Shown here piece after piece: positions 8,510 to 17,836 of a DNA stretch of 64,000 nt; position 1 is the stretch's first letter; each line of letters begins with the position of its first letter. The notes below the pieces were generated by a model that saw only the letters and a list, made by a program, of their open reading frames with translations, did no database searches and was not told the DNA's origin. The DNA is from an uncultured candidatus Brocadiaceae bacterium (lineage in GTDB: Bacteria; Planctomycetota; UBA1135; UBA2386). The stretch spans positions 3,171 to 67,170 of the forward strand of contig CAYMPV010000029.1 in NCBI GenBank assembly GCA_964392305.1. Reading direction: 5' to 3'. Position numbers and translations under genes: made by a program.

Positions 8510-11167
8510 GTGAACAAACAGCTTGCGGCCTTGATGCTGTGCCAGCTCGCCGCCGCGGCCGCGGTCCTGCGTGCGCAGCAGGAGCCGCCGGCGAAACAGG
8601 ACCCGTCCGCCCAGGGTGTGCCAGGCGCGCGCGTCGACACCCAGGGCGAAGTGCAACTCGACGACGCCGTTCGGGCCTTGCAGGGGCGCACGGTGCGCTC
8701 GATCCAGTTCGCTCGTGCGGAGGGGCGCGGTGACCCCAAGATGCTCGACGAGGCGGCGAGCGAGCCGTTGGTGCGCAGCCTGATGACCCGGGTCGGGCAG
8801 CCGTTCGAGGCTCGTAAGGTCACCAACGACTGCACCAACCTGTGGGAGGAGCGGCGGCTGGTGGTCAGTGCCTACGCGCTCGCCGTCGACGCCGACGTGC
8901 AGATCACCTACGTCGTCGAGCAGGAGGTCGAGGTCTACTCGTCGATCGACTTCAAGGGGCTCGACAAGCTCGACCGGCGCACCGTCAACGATCTGCTCGG
9001 CATCGACGTCGGCCGGCAGGTCACCGCCACCGAGTCGCAGGCGATGCGCAAGGTGCTGTTGGCCCGCTACGCGCGCGACGGCTTCCCCTTCGCGAGCATC
9101 GACCTCGTGGTGCAGCCGGTGCCGGCGCCGCCGTCGGGCGTGGTGCCGGGCGCGCGCGCCGACAAGTCGCTGTTGTTCCGCATCGACGAAGGCCCGCGCG
9201 TCACCGTGCGTTCGCTCGAGTTCTTCGGCAACCACTCGTTTCCGGGTGAGCCGCCGTTGGGCTTCCTGGGCACCTCCGACTACCTGGCGCGCGACGCGCG
9301 CATCCAGAGCGATCCGGCGTGGGGCCTGGTCAGCGGTGGCTACTACAGCCGCGAGATCCTGGACGAGGACCTCGACCGCCTGCGGTTGTTCTACCGCAGC
9401 CGCGGGTTCCTCGACGCCACCGTCGACGTCGCCGACGTGCGCTACAGCGACGACCGCACCAAGGTGGACATCAAGCTGGTGATCGACGAGGGCGTGCGTT
9501 ACCGGATCAAGTCGGTGCGCATCGAGCATCTCGACGAGGAAGGCGCGCCGATCGCCGGTGCCCCGCTCTACTCGCCCGAAGTGATCGCCAAGGAGCTCAA
9601 GGTGCAGCCCGGCGAGTTCTACGACTTCGGGCGGCTGCAACGCGATTGGCTGGCGATCCAGGAGTTCTACGGCGAACGTGGTCACCCGCCGTCGTCGTTC
9701 CCGGGCATGATCGACGTCTCCAAGCCGTGTCGCGTGATCTGGCCGGCGAAGGAGATCTACGCCGACGGCGCCGAGGTCGAGGTCGTCTTCCAGGTGATCG
9801 AGGGCTTGCCGAAGAAGCTGCAGGACGTGGTGATCCGCGGCAACCGGTTCACGCGCGACCCCGTGATCCGGCGCCGCATCCGAGTCTTGCCGGGTGAACG
9901 CATCGACATGCGCGAGGTGCAGCGGTCGCTGCGCAACCTCGAACAGACGCGCTACTTCCAGGATCCGGTGACGCTGCGCGGGCCGCGTATGCAACTCGAG
10001 CCCGTCGCCGGCGGGTCGGAAGACTTCGTCAACCTGGGGGTCGACCTCGCCGATGCTCCGACCGGCGAACTGCGCTGGGGCGTGGGCATCAGCACGGGCC
10101 AGGGCGCGCAGGCGTCGTTGACGTTCAACAAGCGCAACTTCGACCTGTGGGACCCGCCGAGCACCTGGAACCCCGGCGACGCGATCGGCGAGGTGCTCGA
10201 CAACGAAGCGTTCCACGGCGGTGGTCAGACGTTCGCGATGTTGTTGGCCCCCGGCAGCAAGTACAGCCAGTTTCGCGTCAGCTGGACCGAGCCCGACATC
10301 TTCAACGAGCACTTCGAAACCCACGAGCTGCGCGTCGCTGGCGAACGCCTGATCCGGCGCCTGCCCGACGGATACACCTCCGACACGCTGCAGGGTGAGG
10401 TCGGTCTGTCGCGTTACTTCACCGACGAGTTCAACGTCGGCGTGTCGGTGCGGGACTCGTCCGTCGAGATCAAGGACCTCGCGCCCGATGCGACCTCGAT
10501 CGCCTACGACGCCGAGGGCACCACCGAACTGCGCGGTATCCGCCTGGGTGCGCGATACCGCGACTTCGACGACTTCCGTCGCCCCTCCAAGGGCTTCGAG
10601 GCGTCGGTCTCGGTCGAGTTGATCGGCGGCTTCCTCGGTGGCGAGGAAGACATGGTCAAGTTCGACCACGCGATGCACATCTACCTGCCGATCCGCGAGA
10701 ACGAGATGGGGCACCGCACCGTGCTGCACCTCGAGCACCGCTTCGGTCTGGGCGATCCGTTCGGCAGCAGCAACGACGTGTTCCTGACCGAACGTTTCTA
10801 CATGGGCGGCGCCAATCTGCGCGGTTTCGACTACCGGCGCGCCGGGCCGAGCCAGTTCGGGCGGCCGTTCGGCGGCGAGGCCATCTACACGGCCACGGCC
10901 GAGATCTACGTGCCCCTGGTGGCGACGCGTCTCGACGGTGAGGTCCGCGACCGCGAACTGTTGCGCGGGGTCGTGTTCACCGACATCGGCCTGCTCGGTC
11001 TGTCGATCGAGGATCCGACCTTCCGCGAACTGCGCGGCAGCTGGGGCGTCGGCCTGCGCATCGAGGTGCCGGTGCTGGAGCTGCCGATCGCGCTCGACGT
11101 CGGCTGGCCCTGGGCGTACGAAGAGACCGACGATCGTCGTCAGTTCTACTTCTCGATCGCCCGTTGA
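8510..11167 (+). CDS. bamA: outer membrane protein assembly factor BamA (POTRA repeats plus Omp85 barrel)
   Basis: GTG start and signal peptide ending LRAQQ. Repeated POTRA-like segments (e.g. IRGNRFTRDPVIRRRIRVLPGERIDM). C-terminal barrel with FYMGGANLRGFDY, ending QFYFSIAR. Confidence 0.9.
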   Translation: MNKQLAALMLCQLAAAAAVLRAQQEPPAKQDPSAQGVPGARVDTQGEVQLDDAVRALQGRTVRSIQFARAEGRGDPKMLDEAASEPLVRSLMTRVGQPFEARKVTNDCTNLWEERRLVVSAYALAVDADVQITYVVEQEVEVYSSIDFKGLDKLDRRTVNDLLGIDVGRQVTATESQAMRKVLLARYARDGFPFASIDLVVQPVPAPPSGVVPGARADKSLLFRIDEGPRVTVRSLEFFGNHSFPGEPPLGFLGTSDYLARDARIQSDPAWGLVSGGYYSREILDEDLDRLRLFYRSRGFLDATVDVADVRYSDDRTKVDIKLVIDEGVRYRIKSVRIEHLDEEGAPIAGAPLYSPEVIAKELKVQPGEFYDFGRLQRDWLAIQEFYGERGHPPSSFPGMIDVSKPCRVIWPAKEIYADGAEVEVVFQVIEGLPKKLQDVVIRGNRFTRDPVIRRRIRVLPGERIDMREVQRSLRNLEQTRYFQDPVTLRGPRMQLEPVAGGSEDFVNLGVDLADAPTGELRWGVGISTGQGAQASLTFNKRNFDLWDPPSTWNPGDAIGEVLDNEAFHGGGQTFAMLLAPGSKYSQFRVSWTEPDIFNEHFETHELRVAGERLIRRLPDGYTSDTLQGEVGLSRYFTDEFNVGVSVRDSSVEIKDLAPDATSIAYDAEGTTELRGIRLGARYRDFDDFRRPSKGFEASVSVELIGGFLGGEEDMVKFDHAMHIYLPIRENEMGHRTVLHLEHRFGLGDPFGSSNDVFLTERFYMGGANLRGFDYRRAGPSQFGRPFGGEAIYTATAEIYVPLVATRLDGEVRDRELLRGVVFTDIGLLGLSIEDPTFRELRGSWGVGLRIEVPVLELPIALDVGWPWAYEETDDRRQFYFSIAR

Positions 11168-11742
11168 GTCAGGTGAACACCGGCAACCCAGGTTCCCAAC
11201 CGCCGTTCACGCGCTTGTCGCGTGAGGTGCTCGTCGGCAACACCTGGCACCGCTACTGCCGCGACCGCTACGTGCAGCGCGACGGCAGCGAGGGCGTCTA
11301 CTACTACGTCGACATGCCGGGCTCGTGCGCCGCGATCCCGGTGTTCGACGACGGCAGCACGATGTTGTTGCGGGTGCACCGCTATCTGCTCGGCATCGAT
11401 CTGTGGGAGTTCCCGATCGGTGGCATGCAGCCTGGCGAGGACCCGTTGGCCGTGGCCAAGAAGGAACTGCGTGAGGAGGCCGGCCTGCAGGCCGGTGTCT
11501 GGCAGCCGCTCGGGCGTTTTGCTCCCTACAAGGGCGTGTCCAACGAGGTCTGCCACTACTGGCTGGCGCGCCAGCTGGTGGTGACGCCGCAGGAACTCGA
11601 ACCCAGCGAGCAGATCACCGTGCATCGCATGCCGCTGGCGGAGGCGCGGGCGCGGCTGCTCGACCAGGACCCCGGCGACGGTCAGTCGATGGTCGGCTTG
11701 CTGCTGCTCGACCGTTGGCTGGCCGAGGGGAACACGCTGTGA
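11164..11742 (+). CDS. NUDIX hydrolase
   Basis: Nudix box GGMQPGEDPLAVAKKELREEAGL. The TTG start overlaps the bamA stop (TTGA); an alternative GTG lies at 11173. Confidence 0.85.
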   Translation: MSQVNTGNPGSQPPFTRLSREVLVGNTWHRYCRDRYVQRDGSEGVYYYVDMPGSCAAIPVFDDGSTMLLRVHRYLLGIDLWEFPIGGMQPGEDPLAVAKKELREEAGLQAGVWQPLGRFAPYKGVSNEVCHYWLARQLVVTPQELEPSEQITVHRMPLAEARARLLDQDPGDGQSMVGLLLLDRWLAEGNTL

Positions 11743-12356
11743 GCCGTCCGCTGCGGGTCACGGTCTACGCGTCGTCGAGTGAGCGCATCGATCCGGCGTT
11801 CGCGGTCGTCGCCGAAGAACTCGGCCGGCGCATCGCCGAGCGCGGCTGGGACCTCGTTTGGGGCGGAGGTAGATACGGCCTGATGGGCGCGGTCTCCCGC
11901 GGCGCGCGCGCGGCGGGCGGTCGCACGATCGGCGTGATCCTGCAGCAGTTCGTCGACAAGAACGTGCACTGCGAGCAGGCGCATGCGATGCAGACGGTGC
12001 AGGACATGCGCAGCCGCAAGCGGGGCCTGGACGAATCGGGTGACGCCTACGTGGCGTTGCCGGGCGGGCTGGGCACGCTCGAGGAACTGCTCGAGATCCT
12101 GTCGTTCAAGCAGCTGGGCCTGCACGACAAGCCGGTCGTGGTGCTCGATGCGTTGGGCTACTGGGCACCGTTGCTGGCGATGCTCGAGAAGGGCTTCGTC
12201 GAGGGCTTCATCCAGCCGCACTTCCGCGGCATCTATCGCGTCGCCACCACGGCCGAAGAGGCCGTCGAGCTGATCGCGACCACGCCGCCATGGCGGGTCG
12301 CGACCCCGGACCGCGCGGACGCCGTGCTCGACCCCCGGGGCGGCGGCACCGCTTGA
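11739..12356 (+). CDS. LOG-family (TIGR00730) nucleotide phosphoribohydrolase
   Basis: VTVYASS, GWDLVWGGGRYGLMGAVS and ALPGGLGTLEELLEI (PGGxGTxxE motif). GTG at 11739 overlaps the Nudix stop (GTGA). Confidence 0.85.
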   Translation: MSRPLRVTVYASSSERIDPAFAVVAEELGRRIAERGWDLVWGGGRYGLMGAVSRGARAAGGRTIGVILQQFVDKNVHCEQAHAMQTVQDMRSRKRGLDESGDAYVALPGGLGTLEELLEILSFKQLGLHDKPVVVLDALGYWAPLLAMLEKGFVEGFIQPHFRGIYRVATTAEEAVELIATTPPWRVATPDRADAVLDPRGGGTA

Positions 12357-13123
12357 AGATCGGCTCCGAGGACCTGGCGCACGCCCGGCAAGCGTTGCTG
12401 CAGGCGATGGCCGTGCTGCGGCGACACGCGGCCACCGACGTGCCGTTCGAGCTCAAGGAAGGCAACAGTCCGGTCACGGCCGCCGACCGCGAGGTCGACG
12501 ACCTGCTGCGCGCGCGGCTGCCCCGCAGTGGCGAGGGTTGGCTGTCCGAGGAGAGCGACGACGATGCGGCGCGGCTGTCGTGTGGTCGGGTGTGGGTCGT
12601 CGACCCGCTCGACGGCACCCGTTCGTTCGTCGCCGGGCGTCCGGACTACTCGACGTCGATCGCCCTGTTGCAGGACGGCGAGCCCGTGCTCGGCGCGATC
12701 GGCAACCCGGCCACGGGCGTCGTCGTCGTCGGGGCCGTCGGGCTCGGCGTCACGACCGAAGGCGATCCGCGGTTGCCCTGGCCGGAGCCGCGGCGCGACC
12801 TGCGCCTGCTGGCCAGCCGCAGTGAGATGAAGCGCGGCGAGTGGGCGCCGTGGAGCAACTCCTGCGACCTGCTGCCGATGGGATCGGTCGCCTACAAACT
12901 TGCCCTGGTCGCGGCGGGGTTCGCCGACGCGACCTGGACGCTGTTGCCCAAGCACGAATGGGACGTCGCCGCGGGCGCAGCGTTGGTGCGCGCCGCCGGC
13001 GGCGAGGTCTGGCTGCCGCGCGGCGGCCACCTGCTGTGGAACCGCGCCCGGCCGCGCTTCCTGAGTTTCGCCGCCGCGGCTGCGGGCCGGCGGGTGGCAG
13101 TGGAAAGCCTGCTGCGGCGCTGA
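12353..13123 (+). CDS. inositol monophosphatase family protein (CysQ-like 3'(2'),5'-bisphosphate nucleotidase)
   Basis: SPVTAADREVD, WLSEES, VWVVDPLDGTRSF and HEWDVAAGAALV motifs. TTG at 12353 overlaps the LOG stop (TTGA). The longer track start at 12290 is also possible. Confidence 0.8.
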   Translation: MKIGSEDLAHARQALLQAMAVLRRHAATDVPFELKEGNSPVTAADREVDDLLRARLPRSGEGWLSEESDDDAARLSCGRVWVVDPLDGTRSFVAGRPDYSTSIALLQDGEPVLGAIGNPATGVVVVGAVGLGVTTEGDPRLPWPEPRRDLRLLASRSEMKRGEWAPWSNSCDLLPMGSVAYKLALVAAGFADATWTLLPKHEWDVAAGAALVRAAGGEVWLPRGGHLLWNRARPRFLSFAAAAAGRRVAVESLLRR

Positions 13124-13130
13124 TCGCGGG

Positions 13131-13535
13131 TCAGTCCTTGAGCATGCGCGTGAACACGTCGCTCATGCTCAGGATGCCGATCACCGCGGTGCCGTCCAGC
13201 ACGGGCATGCGCCGCACGCCGGCCATGCGCATCAGGTTGACGCAGTCGAGCAGGTTCGCCTGCATCGGAATGCAGATCGCGGGTTTGGTCATCACGTCGC
13301 GCACCTGCAGCTGATCGAGGACCTCCGCCGACTGCGTGCCGAGCACGTTGACGATGTCCTTGCTGGTGACCACGCCGGGCAGGTCCGACGGTGACTGCCC
13401 GGCGACCAGCAGTGCGCGGATGCCGTGGTTGGCCATGCGCTGACCCGCGGCGCGCAGGTTCTCGTGCGGCGCGGCCCAGTGCACGGTCTTGCTCATCGCC
13501 TCGGCGGCGTGGATCTCATGCAGGTCGACGGTCAT
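13131..13535 (-). CDS. CBS-pair domain protein
   Basis: Two CBS motifs: GIRALLVAG..GVVTSKDIV and GVRRMPVLDGTAVIGILSMSDVF. 134 aa. Confidence 0.85.
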   Translation of the reverse strand: MTVDLHEIHAAEAMSKTVHWAAPHENLRAAGQRMANHGIRALLVAGQSPSDLPGVVTSKDIVNVLGTQSAEVLDQLQVRDVMTKPAICIPMQANLLDCVNLMRMAGVRRMPVLDGTAVIGILSMSDVFTRMLKD

Positions 13536-14845
13536 GGCAGGTACTCCTCGAGGATCTGGTTCTGGTCACGGTCGTAGCGGTAACGAACGGCGTGGCGCGG
13601 CGCGTCGATGCGCAGCACGAGGTCGCCGAGTTGGATGCGCACGCCGACGTGCGCGACGTCATGGATCACGACGCTGGCGTTGTCGAGCAGTTCGCGTTGG
13701 CGGGCGATCAGGCGCAGCCGTTCGGTCTCGCTGCGGTCCTCGGCGCGCACGGCCAAGCGTGTGCCCTTGCCCTTGGAGATGCGGCCGTTGGTGTTGTCGC
13801 CGCGCGTGGCGACACGCGCGACGCGCGCTGCTTCGCTGCTCAGCTGCGCGAGTTCGTTGCGTTCGTCGAGCAGGTCGGCGATCGCGAGCAGCGTCGCCGC
13901 GCCTTCCTTGGTGCCGGCAGCGCTGACTTCGATCGAGATCTGTGCACGCAGTTCACCGCCGAACGCCTGGCCGCGACCTTCGACCAGCAGGATGCGTTCG
14001 CCGCGGGCCCGGCAATGCGCCAGCTGGTCGTGCACGAGGATCGTGCCGCCCGCCTGCAGCTGGGCGGCGGTGGCATGGCGGCAGCTCAGGTCGACGCCGG
14101 CGGTCACCTCGCTCTGCGTGCCGAGGATGCCCTGGTCGACGTGCACGCTGCCGCCGGCGGTGACCTTCGCCGACTGCACCACGCCGCGCACCATGACGTC
14201 GCCGGTCGCCGTCGCGGCGAAACCGTCGCCGACGTCGCCGGTGACCTCGAGCGACCCCTCGCTGTGCAGGTTGCCGGACTTCAGGTCGACGTCGCCGCGG
14301 TGTTGGTAGAGCGGCACGACGTCGATGGTCTTGTCGTCGGCCAGCACCACGCCGCCGCGGCTCGCGAGGATCTTGTCGTCGGCGAGGCGGGCGCCGGGGC
14401 CCAGGCGGAACTTCGCTGCGGCGCCCGGCCTGGCCGGCAGCGGCCGGCCGCGCACGTCCTTGCCGGCGGTTCCCGCGGTCGGCGCATGCACGCTGGCGAT
14501 GTGCTCGTCGGGACCGATCGGCTGCAGCAGGCGCCGTTCGCGGAAGTCGACGTGCCCGTCCTTGCACACCTCACCGATGGTCTGGCCGAGCGTGAACTGC
14601 GGATCGAGACGACCGTTGGCGCCGTGTTGCGGCGCGACGCCGTTGGCCACGACGTGCTCACCGGCGTGATCGGGGTCGAGCAGCAGCTCGGCCAGCGCGC
14701 GCAGCGCGGCTTCGTCATGGCCGAAGACCACGCCGGCGCGTTGCAGTTCGGCGTCGAGCTCGGCGCGCGACGCCGCCGCGCCGGCGCTGACCTTGGCCAC
14801 GGCGGACAGACCATCCGCGGCGATGTTGACGACCAGCCGATTCAC
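13532..14845 (-). CDS. DUF342 / FapA (flagellar assembly protein A-like) family protein
   Basis: Central beta-helix-like repeats: GDVDLKSGNLHSEGSLEVTGDVGDGFAATATGDVMVRGVVQSAKVTAGGSVHV. C-terminal coiled-coil region. 4-nt overlap with the downstream CBS gene. Confidence 0.8.
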   Translation of the reverse strand: MNRLVVNIAADGLSAVAKVSAGAAASRAELDAELQRAGVVFGHDEAALRALAELLLDPDHAGEHVVANGVAPQHGANGRLDPQFTLGQTIGEVCKDGHVDFRERRLLQPIGPDEHIASVHAPTAGTAGKDVRGRPLPARPGAAAKFRLGPGARLADDKILASRGGVVLADDKTIDVVPLYQHRGDVDLKSGNLHSEGSLEVTGDVGDGFAATATGDVMVRGVVQSAKVTAGGSVHVDQGILGTQSEVTAGVDLSCRHATAAQLQAGGTILVHDQLAHCRARGERILLVEGRGQAFGGELRAQISIEVSAAGTKEGAATLLAIADLLDERNELAQLSSEAARVARVATRGDNTNGRISKGKGTRLAVRAEDRSETERLRLIARQRELLDNASVVIHDVAHVGVRIQLGDLVLRIDAPRHAVRYRYDRDQNQILEEYLP

Positions 14846-14890
14846 GTCATGTCATCGTCGCTTGTCGGCTCGCGGCTGTGGTCGCCGTGA

Positions 14891-15754
14891 TCAGCGCAGG
14901 TCGAGAACCACCGGGTCGGCGCGTTTGCGCACCGGCAGCTGCACCTCGAAGTAACGCTGATCGCGCGGTACCATCGGGCTGTTGTAGCCCATCGTGCGCA
15001 GCGGGCCGGCGACCTCGTAGGCGCAGTCGGGGACCGCGAGGAACGTGAGCAGCCGCTGCTGCAGCGCTTCGACACGGTCCTGGCGATCGTCGCCGATCGC
15101 GCCGATGCTGAGCACGGTCATGGCCTCCACCGCCACGACCTCGACGCCCTTGGCGGTGTGCTCGGGCTGGACCATCGGGTCGCCGTAGAGGAACGCCATC
15201 TGCACCGGGCGGCTACGTTCGTCCTGTTCCTGCCAGTCCATCTGCACCGGCGTGGTCATCGCGATGCCATTGCTCTCGATGTGCCGGAACAGGGGCCAGA
15301 AGGCGGTGAAGCTGCCGCCGCGCATGGCGGTGCGCACCATGCGGTAGGCCGGGTAGTGGCGCAGTTCGATCTCGTCGACGGCGGCTGGCGCGGGGAAACC
15401 CTTCGGCAACCCGGCTTCCAGGCGCGGTCGGAACACCAGCGTCTCGACCACGTCCTCGAGGTCACCGCGCAACCTGGTCAGTGTCCTGTCCGTCGTCGCG
15501 TCGGTGTTGGCGCGTTGCAGCGCAGCCTGCAGCTGCGACTTCGCCGCCGAATCGTCGGCCAGCTGCACCGCAGCGGTGGCTGCGAGCGCAACCGTGGTCG
15601 GCAGGTCGGGGCGGCTGCGCAACACGCCGAGGAGTTCGTTGGCCGCGGCGCTGCGGCCGGCCTGGTCCTCGGCGCGGAACAGGCGCTCCTGGGCGAAGCC
15701 AGGAGCGATCAGGACGAGCGGCAACAGGCAGGTGAGCAGGTCGACGTGGCGCAT
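14891..15754 (-). CDS. SOUL heme-binding family protein, secreted, with an extra N-terminal helical region
   Basis: Signal peptide ending GFAQ. SOUL-like core: IELRHYPAYRMVRT, AFWPLFRHIESNGIAMTTPVQM, MGYNSPMVPRDQRYFEV. Confidence 0.7.
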   Translation of the reverse strand: MRHVDLLTCLLPLVLIAPGFAQERLFRAEDQAGRSAAANELLGVLRSRPDLPTTVALAATAAVQLADDSAAKSQLQAALQRANTDATTDRTLTRLRGDLEDVVETLVFRPRLEAGLPKGFPAPAAVDEIELRHYPAYRMVRTAMRGGSFTAFWPLFRHIESNGIAMTTPVQMDWQEQDERSRPVQMAFLYGDPMVQPEHTAKGVEVVAVEAMTVLSIGAIGDDRQDRVEALQQRLLTFLAVPDCAYEVAGPLRTMGYNSPMVPRDQRYFEVQLPVRKRADPVVLDLR

Positions 15755-15805
15755 GGGTGACCGTTCGATCGACCTCGGGGCGCGGATGCAGGCGACCCCT
15801 GACGG

Positions 15806-17686
15806 TCACCAGATCGACAGCACCGTGAGGTCACCGAGGTACGGCAGCCGCCCGCTGCGCAGCAGCAGCGGCTGCAGGCCCAGTTCGGCGCCGACCAGCA
15901 GCGGGGTGTTGGGCAGCGGCAGGTCGAAGCGGCGCACGGCTTCGCCCGGAGTTGGCAGCAGCAGCACGGTGACCATCGTCGCGGGATCGAGCAGCAGTTC
16001 GCCGAACCCCGTCACCGCGGTGGGGGGCGCGAGCCAGCCGAGCGCAAGCAGCCCGAAGTCGCCGGCGCCCAACGGCAGCGACATGCGGGCGGTGGCGCCC
16101 GTGGTCAGCACGCGCCGGAACGCCGGGAACTGGGGCCAGCCCGACACCTCGGGCAACGGTGAATAGCCGAGCAACCGGGTGTTGGTCAGCAGCTGGCCGC
16201 TCTCCGAGTTGGCGCGACCGGTCGCGAACGCTTCCGGCAGCGGTGTGGTCGTCCACTCGCCGCTCTGCGCACCGAAGCCGTAGGCCTGGCCGCCGTCGGT
16301 GGCCTGCAGCGTCGTGCGCCAGATCTGCACCACGGGCGGCGTCGCGCCGCCGGCGCGCGGCACGCTGCGCCAGCGTTCGGTGCGCGTGTCGAAGGCGTGC
16401 AGGTGGGTGTTGTCGTAGGCGGCAGCGATCGCGCTGCTCGGGTTGCCGAGGCTCTGCAGGCCGTTGCTCACCAGCGGCACGAAGCCACCCGAACGCGGCG
16501 CGAAGTGGCGCAGGCCCCAGGCCGTGTCGAACACCGCGCCGGTGGTCGTCAGCAGGGGCGGCGCCGGCAACACGTCGCCAGGCGCTGTGTGCCACTGCCC
16601 GGTGATGGCGCTGTAGGCGTGCCACTGGTTGCTGATCGCGTCCTGGGTCACCGCGACGATGCCCGCGGCGCCTTCCGAGGTGCTGTTCGAAGCGATGGTG
16701 GCGACGGTGTTGCGCAGCGCGCTGTAGCAGAGCGCGGTGCCGGGCGTGGTGACGAGCGCGACCGTGGTGCTCGTCGTCAACGGCGCGCCCGATGGGCCGA
16801 TCGGGGGGCCGAAGCTGCCGCGCACCGCCGAGAACGGGACCAGCCCGAACATCGTGTCGAACACGCCGAAGTGGTCTTCGCTGGCGACGACGGCCGTGGC
16901 CCCCAGCGGCGCCTGTTCGAAGCGGCCTTGCTGGCCGCTGAAGGCGAGCATCTCGGTCGCCGACCAGAACACGACCCAGTCGTCGTCGCGCGTCATCGTC
17001 GCTCCGGGTGGCAGTGGCGCCGTATGCCAGCTGCCGTGGTTGGCCGAGAACGCGTGCACGAAGGGCGGCGCGATCGCGATGCCGACGGCGCCGTCGGCGT
17101 CCAGACTCGTCGCCGTATTGCTGATGGTCAGGTCGTGCCACTGGCCCGTGTAGGCGTCCATGCCCGACAGCACGTTGCCGTCGGCCAACACGGCGACGTT
17201 GCGTTTGGTCGCAACGCTCGCGTTCGTGCTCACCGGGCGCGTCGACCATGTGCCGACGAAACCGCTGAACGTGTGCAGGGCAGGTCCGTCGCGCACCAGC
17301 AGGATCTCGTCGTTGTTCTGGCTGGTGGGATTGAGCAGCACCGCCTGCGCCGACACCGCGAGTGGTGCGAACACGCCGCGTGTGGCCGAGAACGCGTTGC
17401 AGGTGCTCGCGTCCGAAAGCAGCAGGCAGTCGTTGGTCAAGAACTGTGTCGCCGTCGGCCCGACGGTGGTCGCCAACCAGCGGCGCGTGACCGCCGAGTA
17501 CGCGTAGACCGTGCCGCCTTCGCGGTAGACGTCGATCTTGCCCAGGCTGGTCGCCTGGTTCGGATTCACGCCGCCCGGGAAGACCAACTCGGCCCAGGCT
17601 GATGGAGCCTGCGACGCCGCGGTCACGCCCAGGGCGAGCGCCAACAGGCCGGTGAGAACACAGGAAGGGGCAGGGGCACGGCGCAT
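15806..17686 (-). CDS. secreted protein with about 13 tandem degenerate repeats (propeller-like); no family recognised
   Basis: ATG at 17686 gives MRRAPAPSCVLTGLLALALGVTAASQAPSAWA. The longer track ORF to 18589 is antisense to the HDOD gene. The motif (A/Y/F)-(F/Y)-S-(A/G)-x-x-G-x-(W/F) recurs: VYAYSAVTRRW, NAFSATRGVF, HTFSGFVGTW, MDAYTGQW, HAFSANHGSW, LAFSGQQGRF, VPFSAVRGSF, CYSALRN, HAYSAITGQW, RHFAPRSGGF, HAFDTRTERW, YGFGAQSGEW. Confidence 0.7.
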   Translation of the reverse strand: MRRAPAPSCVLTGLLALALGVTAASQAPSAWAELVFPGGVNPNQATSLGKIDVYREGGTVYAYSAVTRRWLATTVGPTATQFLTNDCLLLSDASTCNAFSATRGVFAPLAVSAQAVLLNPTSQNNDEILLVRDGPALHTFSGFVGTWSTRPVSTNASVATKRNVAVLADGNVLSGMDAYTGQWHDLTISNTATSLDADGAVGIAIAPPFVHAFSANHGSWHTAPLPPGATMTRDDDWVVFWSATEMLAFSGQQGRFEQAPLGATAVVASEDHFGVFDTMFGLVPFSAVRGSFGPPIGPSGAPLTTSTTVALVTTPGTALCYSALRNTVATIASNSTSEGAAGIVAVTQDAISNQWHAYSAITGQWHTAPGDVLPAPPLLTTTGAVFDTAWGLRHFAPRSGGFVPLVSNGLQSLGNPSSAIAAAYDNTHLHAFDTRTERWRSVPRAGGATPPVVQIWRTTLQATDGGQAYGFGAQSGEWTTTPLPEAFATGRANSESGQLLTNTRLLGYSPLPEVSGWPQFPAFRRVLTTGATARMSLPLGAGDFGLLALGWLAPPTAVTGFGELLLDPATMVTVLLLPTPGEAVRRFDLPLPNTPLLVGAELGLQPLLLRSGRLPYLGDLTVLSIW

Positions 17687-17836
17687 CGCGGGAGGCGCAC
17701 GATACGGATCCGGGCTGCGGTCGGCAGCCGTGCCCGTGCTTCTTACGTTCTCGCGACAGCGTGCGTGCCGGCCGTGCCAAGGGCGCTTGCCGCGCCACTC
17801 ATCCTCACCACCGGGAGCGTCGATGAGACCGGGGCA

